From: Acidobacteriota bacterium
GTDB lineage: Bacteria; Acidobacteriota; Thermoanaerobaculia; Multivoradales; UBA5704
Assembly (NCBI GenBank): GCA_040349255.1
Contig: JBEQUE010000144.1
Span: forward strand, 15,524 to 79,523
Direction of reading: 5' to 3'
Length of the DNA: 64,000 nt
The notes under the pieces were generated by a model. That model was not told the origin of the DNA. It saw nothing but the letters and a program-made list of their open reading frames with translations, and did no database searches. Position numbers and translations under genes: made by a program. Shown one piece after another: positions 49,098-56,975 of this stretch. The number at the start of each line of letters is the position of its first letter. Positions within the stretch are counted from its first letter, which is position 1.

Positions 49098-52000
49098 TCT
49101 GTGGAATCCCTGCCGTGCCAGACCATGCGCACGGCGGCGACGCCTTCGAGCGCGGGGTCGCGGTAGAGCTGGTAGGTCGCGACCGCGGGCAGCTCCTCGT
49201 AGCAGCCCCACTCGTCGTGGCTGGTCATCAGGAAGTCGAGATCGAGCGCGACGAGCAGGCCCATGCAGCGGCCCCGCATACCCTGGTCGATGCCGGCGAA
49301 CGCCTCGTCGAGAAGGATGAGGCGCGGCGCGGTCGGTCGCGCCGAGCGGTAGTGGGCGGCCGCGGCGGCGAAGAGCGGCAGGTGGAGCGCGACCGCCTTC
49401 TCGCCGCCCGAGCTGGCGCCGTGGCCGCGGCGGGTCAGCTCGATCCAGTCTGTGCTCTCTCCAGTCCGGCGGAGGATGCGGAAGCGGTACCAGGAGCGGT
49501 AGTCGAGCGCCGCCATCAGGTGTTCGCGCCACGGCACGGCCTCCCACTGGTCGCGGGCCGCGGAGATACGCGCCTGGAAGAAGGCTTCGAGGCGCAGGCG
49601 CTCGGCGTCCTGGAGCAGGGCGAAGTCGCGGTTGAGCAGGCCGACGGCGTCCCTCACCTCCGGCGCCGACTCGGCGACCGGATCCCAGGCGAGCTTGAGC
49701 GCCATGCCGGAGGCGGTGCGGCAGCGCTCCAGCAGATCGTTCATCTCACCGACGAGCGAGCGCGCCTGCCGCAGCCGGTTGCGCAAGTGGTCGCCGACCT
49801 CGCCGAGCAGAAAGCGGCGGAGCAGCTCGCGCTCGTGGTCGGCCAGCAGGGCGCGGCGCACCTCGATGCTCTCGCGCAGGGCGTCGAGCAGGCCTTTCAC
49901 GTCGTGGTCCCGGCCGTTGAAGGCGACGCGCACGAGGATCAGCTCCTCGTCCTGGTCGAGCCGCGGCTGGTAGTCGGCGCCGAGGTCCGCGGCGAGGATC
50001 TGGAAGCGCTCCCAGAGCCGCTTGGCCCGGCGGTCCGCCGCCTCCTGCGCGAGGTCCACCTCGCGGGTCTCGCGATCGATCTCCCGCGCCAGGTCCAGGG
50101 CGCGCGTGAGCGACCACGCCGGCTCCTCTGGCAGGACGGAGAGCACCAGCGGCAGCCAGCCGGCGTCGACGATCGTGCGCAGGCGGGCGACGGCGCGCGC
50201 CCGCTCCTCGTCCCGCCCGGCCAGCTCGGCGCGGCGCAATTCGAGGCGCTCCTGGAAGCGGGCGCGCTGCTCGGCCGCGGCCCGGGCCTCCTGCTCCAGG
50301 ACGCGGCGCCGCGTCCTGAGGTCGTCCAGGCGGCGGGCCTCCTCCTGATGGAGACGCAGGATCTCGCGCACGTCGGCGCCGACGGTCGCCTCCAGCTCTT
50401 CGTGCTCGGCCCGCGCCGCTTCGGCGTCGGCGGCGATCTCCTGCGCCCGCAGCCGCAGCTCCTCCAGTCTTCCAACCGCCTCGTCGGCACGGCGGCCGGC
50501 CAGCTCGCAATGCTCCCGTGCCTGGACGGCTGCCGAAGCGGCCTGGACCAGCCTCTCGAAGGCGGTCTCGAACTGGCGGAGCCGCTCGCGGTGACCGTCC
50601 AGGTCGTTCAGATGGTTGGCGAGGCCCAGCTCGCGGGCCCGCGCCTGGAGCCGCCGCTCCAGATCCTCGCGGACGGCGCGGAGCGCGGCCAGCGCCGACT
50701 CGGCCACGGCCAGCTCGGACCTCCGTCGGGCCTCGTCTCCGGCCGCCGCTTCAGCCTGGTGCCAGGCGGCGAGGAGCGGCGCCGTGGACGGCAGCGAGCC
50801 GGTCTCCTGGCGGAGACGTTCGAGCCTCGCCTCCAGTTCTCCGACCTGAGCCGCGAGCGAGGCGAGACGTTCGGCGAGCGCGGCCAGGCGGGCGTCCAGC
50901 TCGGCGAGACGGCGCTGCCGGGCCGCCTCCCGCGCACCGGCTCCCACGTGCTCGGCCACGGGCTTGGACCCGGCTCCCTGGAGGATGCCGAGACGGAAGT
51001 GGCCATCGGCAGAGATGCTCTGGAGACCTTCGCCGAGATCGACGGAACGCAGCACGGCATCCAGAGCCTCGGATGCGACCCCATGGCCGGGGGCCGGAAC
51101 CAGCACGTCGCGCAGGGTCGGACCGGCCTGGAGGGGGGCCGGCACGAGCCAGGTGTCGAGCGTGCCCGGCGAGAGCATGGCGCCGTCTGGCGCGATCCAG
51201 GCGTCGAGCAGCCCGGCCGCCTCCAGGGCCGCTTCCAGTCCGGCCTGTTCGACCTCCGCGAGACCCGGCGCGAAATCACAGAGCAGATAGAGCGGGGCTC
51301 CAGGCCGTCCGGCGCGCTCGGCAACGCGGGTTCGGGGCGGCTCGGGGCCCAGCTCGCGCGCCTCGGCCACCTGCAGGCGCTCCTCTTCGGTGGCCTGCCG
51401 CTCGGCATCGACGGTGGCGGCCTCCGACTCCAGCTCGGCCTGGCGGCGGACCAGCGCGTCGCGGAACGGTGCCGCGGCAACCTCGACTCCGGAGGCCAGA
51501 CGGTCGGGACCTCCCGCGGCGATCTCCTCGATCCTTTCCTGGAGATTCGCAAACGCCTCATCGTCCAGCCGCAGCTCGGCAAGGCCCTGGCTCCAGGAGA
51601 GGAGCGCCTCGTGCAGGTCTGCGCGCTGGCGGTCCAGACTGACGCGGGCCGCCCGGCTCCGTTCGGCGGCGGCGCGCACCTGGGCGTCCAGGTCGCGCAG
51701 GCCCTCCCGGGCCAGCTCCTCGCGCAGCCGGACCCGGTCGAGTTCGGCCGCGTCCTGGCGCAGCTCCGCGATTCCCTCCTCCCGGCGGCGCACGGCGGAC
51801 CGGACGGTGGCCAGGGCGGCCGGCGGGCGGTCGAGCGCCTGCAGACCGGCGGCGTGGATGACTTCGAGGTCCGCCTCCCGGCCCGCGGCCTGGGCGGCGG
51901 CGGACCGGTCGTCGCGCTCGTCGTCGGCCTGGCGCGCGCCGGCCTCGGCCCGCTCCAGCTCCCGGCGGAGGCCTTCGGCGCGGCGGCTCTCCATCTCCGA

Positions 52001-53122
52001 ATCGTCGCGGCTCCGGGCCGCCTGGCGCGCGAGGACGGCGGCGGTCTCGCGCTTGGCCCGCAGGGCCTCGGCCGAGCGCATGGCATCGCTCTGCTCCAAG
52101 GCACGGAGCCGGCCGCGCGCCGCCTCGGTCTCGACCTCCGTCTCCTGCTCGCGCCGGGCCAGCTCGGCGCAGAGGGCGTCCTGGCTCCGGTAGCCCTCCT
52201 CGGCCTCGCGCATCTCGGCCGCGGTCCTGTGGTAGCGGCTGTCCGCCTGCCGCACCTCGGCCGCGCGGCTCCGGGCCATGCCCCGGCCATAGTCGCGGTA
52301 CAGGTCCAGGAACGAGGCCACGCCTGCCGCGGCGGACTCGACCCGCGCCAGCTCCTTCTGGTCGTTGTCCAGGCGCTCGAAAGACTCGGAGAGCTGGCCG
52401 ATCAGGAACGGGTCGAGCGGCGGCAGGCTCTCCTTCAGGGTCTCGGAGAGCGTCGGCGGATCGAGCCGCTCGGACAGGTGCGGCCGGCGGAGCTGAAGCA
52501 GGAGATGCCGGAGCGTGGCGAAGCGGTCCTCCCCCAAGCCGAAGAGGTGGTGGTCGAGCTTCTCCCGGTACTCGCGGCCGGTGTCGAACACCCATCCCTG
52601 CTCCCCGATCTGCTGGCGGAGTTGGTCGCGGAGGAGCGGCGTGCGGTGCGAGAGCAGCGCGAGGCCCTCGCCGATCCGGAGCCGGGTCAGGAAGTACCAG
52701 GAGTCCACACGCCGGGTGCGCTGGCTGGCGCGCAGGCCGCAGCCGAGAGTCCAGTGCTCGTCGTCACCCTCCTCGGTCCGCCTCCCCAGCTCCAGCCAGA
52801 CATAGCCGACCCGGCTGTCGTAGCGGCCGTCCTGAAGCAGGTTCCACTCCATGGTCCGTGACGTGCCGCCGAACGGGTCGAGGCGCTGCGGCGAGAGGTC
52901 GGCGTCGAGCAGGAACGGCAGGAGCAGCTCCAGCGCCTTCGACTTGCCAGCGCCGTTCTCGCCGCGCAGGATCAGGCGGCCGTCCTCGAACCGCAGCTCC
53001 TGCTCATCGTACTGCCAGAGATTGAAGATGCCGGCGCGCTGGAGCTGGAAACGCTCGCGGCCCGGGCGCGGCAGGTCCCCGGCGGACCCGATCTCCGGGA
53101 ACAGCTCGACGACCTCACTCAA
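49094..53122 (-). CDS. jetC: Wadjet JetC-like SMC-family ATPase (TIGR02680)
   Basis: N-terminal RGENGAGKSKALELL Walker A. ~900 aa of coiled coil. C-terminal ABC signature/Walker B region. 1342 aa. Confidence 0.85.
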   Translation of the reverse strand: MSEVVELFPEIGSAGDLPRPGRERFQLQRAGIFNLWQYDEQELRFEDGRLILRGENGAGKSKALELLLPFLLDADLSPQRLDPFGGTSRTMEWNLLQDGRYDSRVGYVWLELGRRTEEGDDEHWTLGCGLRASQRTRRVDSWYFLTRLRIGEGLALLSHRTPLLRDQLRQQIGEQGWVFDTGREYREKLDHHLFGLGEDRFATLRHLLLQLRRPHLSERLDPPTLSETLKESLPPLDPFLIGQLSESFERLDNDQKELARVESAAAGVASFLDLYRDYGRGMARSRAAEVRQADSRYHRTAAEMREAEEGYRSQDALCAELARREQETEVETEAARGRLRALEQSDAMRSAEALRAKRETAAVLARQAARSRDDSEMESRRAEGLRRELERAEAGARQADDERDDRSAAAQAAGREADLEVIHAAGLQALDRPPAALATVRSAVRRREEGIAELRQDAAELDRVRLREELAREGLRDLDAQVRAAAERSRAARVSLDRQRADLHEALLSWSQGLAELRLDDEAFANLQERIEEIAAGGPDRLASGVEVAAAPFRDALVRRQAELESEAATVDAERQATEEERLQVAEARELGPEPPRTRVAERAGRPGAPLYLLCDFAPGLAEVEQAGLEAALEAAGLLDAWIAPDGAMLSPGTLDTWLVPAPLQAGPTLRDVLVPAPGHGVASEALDAVLRSVDLGEGLQSISADGHFRLGILQGAGSKPVAEHVGAGAREAARQRRLAELDARLAALAERLASLAAQVGELEARLERLRQETGSLPSTAPLLAAWHQAEAAAGDEARRRSELAVAESALAALRAVREDLERRLQARARELGLANHLNDLDGHRERLRQFETAFERLVQAASAAVQAREHCELAGRRADEAVGRLEELRLRAQEIAADAEAARAEHEELEATVGADVREILRLHQEEARRLDDLRTRRRVLEQEARAAAEQRARFQERLELRRAELAGRDEERARAVARLRTIVDAGWLPLVLSVLPEEPAWSLTRALDLAREIDRETREVDLAQEAADRRAKRLWERFQILAADLGADYQPRLDQDEELILVRVAFNGRDHDVKGLLDALRESIEVRRALLADHERELLRRFLLGEVGDHLRNRLRQARSLVGEMNDLLERCRTASGMALKLAWDPVAESAPEVRDAVGLLNRDFALLQDAERLRLEAFFQARISAARDQWEAVPWREHLMAALDYRSWYRFRILRRTGESTDWIELTRRGHGASSGGEKAVALHLPLFAAAAAHYRSARPTAPRLILLDEAFAGIDQGMRGRCMGLLVALDLDFLMTSHDEWGCYEELPAVATYQLYRDPALEGVAAVRMVWHGRDSTE

Positions 53123-54239
53123 GCGGAGGCTCCTCCACCTTGTAGCGGGCGATCGCCGGCCGGAGGTGCATCGCGCCGTCCCGCCGGGCGATCAGCCCCA
53201 TCAGCTCCAGGCGTTCCAGGGCCTCGGAGAGCAGCCGGCCGCGGTCCTCCCGGTACTCCTGGCTCCAGAGGTGGCCGTAGCGCTCCACGAGCGTGTCGAG
53301 GACGGCTGCCAGATCGGTCTCTCCGCATACCAGCCTCTCGGCGAGGAGAAGCGCAGCATGGGAAACAGTGCCGGTCCCGGGAAAGGTCAGGTCGGTGAGA
53401 CGGCCGAGTGGATCGACTGCGGCGAGCCCCTCGCGCCGGATCTCGACGGCGAGGCCGGTCTTCGCCGTCACCTGGCCGATGAGGTAGTGGCGCTGCGAGG
53501 CCAGATAGGCCCGCTCGGTCTCCTCCAGCTCGTCCAGGTACAGGGCCGGCTCCTCGACCAGCCGCCGCATCAGGCGGTGCCGGGCCCGACGGTTGGCGCC
53601 GTCCTCGGTGTCCGGATACACCTCGGCTCCCAGCTCAGCAGACGAGACCGGTATCGCTGGTATTGCCGGGACGGGCACGGAAAGAAGCTGCGTCAGGCGC
53701 CGGCTGTGGATGTCGTAGAGGGCGTCGCCTCGGCCTTCGAGGAAAGCCGTGTCCTCGCCGTCGGCCAGGGTCAGGACGCCGAGCGACCCGAGCCAGCGGA
53801 CGACGTCCACGAACGCCTGTCGCTCGGCGTAAACCTGGAGGTCGAGCCGCCGCACCCCGTCCTCGGACGCGGCGAGGAGGGCCACCTGCTCGGCCAGCTC
53901 GGAGAGGACGGTCTGGACCTCCAGCCGTTCCAGAGCGGCCAGCACCAGGCAGAGGATCGCGTACCGGCGCGGATCGAACGGAGAGTGGGCTTGGGTGCGC
54001 ACCGGCCGCAGCCGGGCGCCGGGCGCGGGCCGCTTGTGGAGCCGGGCCAGCTCGGAGTCCACGACCAGTCGGTAGCCGAGCTGCTCGGAGAACCAGCGCT
54101 GGAGCTCCCGGGCATGCCTCCGGACCAGGGAGAACGTCTCGGGGTCCGGCCGCGAATCGGCGACGAAGGGATGGGCGAGCAGGAGGCGAACTGCCCGCCG
54201 CTGCTCCTCGGCCAGGATCGAGACGTCCTCGTCGCTCAT
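53115..54239 (-). CDS. jetB: Wadjet JetB-like (TIGR02678) protein
   Basis: Position and size in a conserved four-gene cassette. Overlaps both neighbours. Confidence 0.7.
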   Translation of the reverse strand: MSDEDVSILAEEQRRAVRLLLAHPFVADSRPDPETFSLVRRHARELQRWFSEQLGYRLVVDSELARLHKRPAPGARLRPVRTQAHSPFDPRRYAILCLVLAALERLEVQTVLSELAEQVALLAASEDGVRRLDLQVYAERQAFVDVVRWLGSLGVLTLADGEDTAFLEGRGDALYDIHSRRLTQLLSVPVPAIPAIPVSSAELGAEVYPDTEDGANRRARHRLMRRLVEEPALYLDELEETERAYLASQRHYLIGQVTAKTGLAVEIRREGLAAVDPLGRLTDLTFPGTGTVSHAALLLAERLVCGETDLAAVLDTLVERYGHLWSQEYREDRGRLLSEALERLELMGLIARRDGAMHLRPAIARYKVEEPPLE

Positions 54240-55732
54240 GCCGACCGCCGGACCGGGAGCCCGTCCTCGACCGTCAACACCCAGGCCGGCAGCGTGAGGC
54301 GGCCGGCCGGAGACTCCACGGTCGCCGATCCCGGCCCGGCTTCGAGACGGAGCCCCAGGCGGCCGTCGCGGCTGCGGGCCTCACGCCGGCCGTCGGGTCC
54401 CGGAGCGGCGGCGAGGAGGCGGTCGAGGAGCGCAAGGAGGAGGGAGAATTCGTCGCCCGAGAGCGGCGGCAGGCCGGCGAGCGCGACAGGTCCGCGGCCG
54501 GCGAAGCGGGCGAGCGCCGCGGCCTGCGCCTCCTGCTCGCGGCGGTAGCGCGCGGCGAGGAAGCCCTTCACCTCCGAGTGATCGGCCACCGGGCCCGTGC
54601 GGCCCAGGGCGGTGCCGCGGCCAGTCCGGCGCAGGGCAGGTGCGACGGGCACGGGCGGCGCCTCCCACCAGCTCGCACCCGGTTGGACGAGGTCCGGGTC
54701 CTCATGGAGCCCTCCGAGATGCCGGGCGCCGAAGAGGCCGAACGCCTGCTGGAACAGGCGGTGCGCCTCCTCCCCGGCGAGCCGGTCGAACCAGCCGGCA
54801 AGGCGCAGCAGGTCGGCGGTGCGGCTGAAGCGGCGGAAGCGCTTCTCGTGCAGCCGTTCGAGCACCAGGAGGATGCGGTTGATCGCGCCGCGCGCCGCAG
54901 CCCGCAGGTGCTCGACCGTGGCCGGCTCCCGGCCGTCGCCGACGAACCAGGCCGCGATGCCGCGCCACTTGCGGCGCAGTCCCTCGGACGGATCTTCGAT
55001 ACCGAGCGGCGAGGGCGCCGCGTCGGCCTGCGCCGCGAGGAGGACCAGGCGCTCCGCGTCGAGATCGATCCGCTGGACCTCGGCCGTGATCCGCGGCGCG
55101 GTCTCCGACAGCTCGCCGAGAAACTGCTCCAGGTACTCCAGCACCGCCTGCTTGTAGGCCAGGAAGGCCTCGGCGTGGACCTCGCCCTGGTCGATGGCCT
55201 CGTGGAGCCGGGCCAGGAATGTGCTCGCGTTCTCGGTCAGCGCCCGGAACTGCTCGGTGACGTTGAACAGGTGCTCGAAGATCCGCTCCGGCCGGGGAGC
55301 CGGCTGCTCCAGTTCCCGGCGGATCTCGCCCAGGTTGCGCAGGATCGTGCCGAGCATTACGCGCTGGAGCGAGCCGCTCCGTTCAAGCGCCGCCACCACC
55401 TCGCCGACCGCGCGCTCGGCGGCCTCGCCGGCCGGCGTGAGCTGATAGATCAGGTGCCGGCGGCGGAAGTCCGCCAGCGTGGCCACGCGGCCGGTGTCGT
55501 GGCTGCGCCGCAGGTTCCCCCACTGGACGAGCTGGTCGAGCGCCCGCTCGACGTCCTGCGCCCCGAAACGCAGCTCGGCCGCGACCTCGTCCGGCCGGAA
55601 CTGGATGCGGTAGAGCGCCTTGGCCTCCAGGAACAGCCGGAGGATCGACCGGTAGAGCGGCGCGAGCGACTCGACGGTGTACGCGAAGATCGCCAGGCGG
55701 CCGAATTCAGAAGATGTGGCTTCCGGGTTCAT
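54236..55732 (-). CDS. jetA: Wadjet JetA-like (TIGR02677) kleisin-like protein
   Basis: First gene of the cassette. 498 aa. Confidence 0.7.
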   Translation of the reverse strand: MNPEATSSEFGRLAIFAYTVESLAPLYRSILRLFLEAKALYRIQFRPDEVAAELRFGAQDVERALDQLVQWGNLRRSHDTGRVATLADFRRRHLIYQLTPAGEAAERAVGEVVAALERSGSLQRVMLGTILRNLGEIRRELEQPAPRPERIFEHLFNVTEQFRALTENASTFLARLHEAIDQGEVHAEAFLAYKQAVLEYLEQFLGELSETAPRITAEVQRIDLDAERLVLLAAQADAAPSPLGIEDPSEGLRRKWRGIAAWFVGDGREPATVEHLRAAARGAINRILLVLERLHEKRFRRFSRTADLLRLAGWFDRLAGEEAHRLFQQAFGLFGARHLGGLHEDPDLVQPGASWWEAPPVPVAPALRRTGRGTALGRTGPVADHSEVKGFLAARYRREQEAQAAALARFAGRGPVALAGLPPLSGDEFSLLLALLDRLLAAAPGPDGRREARSRDGRLGLRLEAGPGSATVESPAGRLTLPAWVLTVEDGLPVRRSA

Positions 55733-55783
55733 CCGTAGCGCTCCGGCGGCAGGATATCACCGGACCGCGCTACGCGAAGCCCC

Positions 55784-56926
55784 CTATCGGAGCGACACCG
55801 TCACCGTGTAGTTGACCCGGATCGGCTTGCCACCGGACGTGGCCGGCTTGAACTTCCAGGTGCGGACGGTCTCCAGCGCCTTCTCGTCGAGGCCCATCGG
55901 CAGGCCCTCGACGACCTTCGCATCGACCACGTTGCCCTGCTCGTCGATCACCGCCTCGATCGTGATCGTGCCCGAGATCCCGGCCTTGCGGGCCATCCCG
56001 GTCAGCTCGGTCTGGTCGCCCGAGACCTTCTCCGGGAACGTCATGCCGCCGAGGAAGCCGGGCTTTTTCGTCCGCTGCCCGGCCTGGCCCTCCAGGCGGT
56101 CCGCCTCGTCACGGACCGCCTGCGCGTCCGGGTCGTCGTCGGACATGCCCGACGCCTTGCGCCGCAGGAGGGTGCTCTTGATCGAGAGCGCGCCCGGATC
56201 GTCCGGCCGCAGCGCCAGCGCCTTGTCGATGGACTGGAGCCCCAGCTCCACGAGGTCGTAGCGCTCCGTCGAGTCGAGCGTGTCCCAGGCCTGGTTCTGG
56301 GCGTTGACCGCGAAGAAGTAGGCGAGCTCGACGGTATCCGGGCCGTCGTAGGCCCGGATCTCGTCCCAGGCCTCGTCCATGTGGTGGTCCGCCATCAGGA
56401 CGTAGGTCCGGGCGAGGCGCAGCTCCTGGTCCTGCGGCCGCTCGGCGGACCAGCGGTCCAGGAGCGCCAGGGCGTCCCCGTAGCGCTTCGCCTCCACCGT
56501 CTCGGCGAAGTCCGGGTGCTGCTGGAGAAACTCGCCGAACCGGGAGCCGAAGCTGAGCTCCATGCCGAGCTGGAAGTTGATCGTCAGGGTGTAGTAGACC
56601 GGAACCGCCTTGCCGCGGAACGTCGCAGGCTTGAACTTCCAGGTCTTGAGGGCGTCCACCGCCATGCGGTCGAGCCCCATGGGCAGGCCCTTGAGGACTC
56701 TCGTGTCCGTGACGTTGCCCTGCTCGTCGATCACCGCCTCGACGATCACGACGCCCGTGACCCGGGCCCGCCGGGCGAGCTCCGAGTACTGCGGCCCGTC
56801 GCCGGAGACCTTCTCCGGCCGGGTCACCTCGCCGCCGACCCGGTAGGGCGTGCCGGCCGGCATCTCCTGCGCCAAGACGACGGTGAGGGGGAGGAGGAGA
56901 ACAAGGGTCGCCAGGATTCCGCGCAT
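55784..56926 (-). CDS. Secreted protein with two TonB C-terminal domains flanking a helical (TPR-like) region
   Basis: Signal peptide MRGILATLVLLLPLTVVLAQ. PEKVSGD..Y.ELARRARVTGVVIVEAVIDEQGNV...WKFKPA occurs twice. Confidence 0.8.
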   Translation of the reverse strand: MRGILATLVLLLPLTVVLAQEMPAGTPYRVGGEVTRPEKVSGDGPQYSELARRARVTGVVIVEAVIDEQGNVTDTRVLKGLPMGLDRMAVDALKTWKFKPATFRGKAVPVYYTLTINFQLGMELSFGSRFGEFLQQHPDFAETVEAKRYGDALALLDRWSAERPQDQELRLARTYVLMADHHMDEAWDEIRAYDGPDTVELAYFFAVNAQNQAWDTLDSTERYDLVELGLQSIDKALALRPDDPGALSIKSTLLRRKASGMSDDDPDAQAVRDEADRLEGQAGQRTKKPGFLGGMTFPEKVSGDQTELTGMARKAGISGTITIEAVIDEQGNVVDAKVVEGLPMGLDEKALETVRTWKFKPATSGGKPIRVNYTVTVSLR

Positions 56927-56975
56927 GATCGGGTTCCTCTTGGACGCTGTCGTGCCCTTCATCGTATCCTCAAGC

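Noticed and set aside
49115-52861. 1248-aa plus ORF and 560-aa minus ORF (50608-52290) within jetC
   Set aside because: Both are shadows of the SMC-like gene and consist of low-complexity Arg/Ala/Gly runs.
53663-55738. 691-aa plus ORF antisense to jetA/jetB
   Set aside because: It is a shadow ORF with an R/G/P-rich translation.
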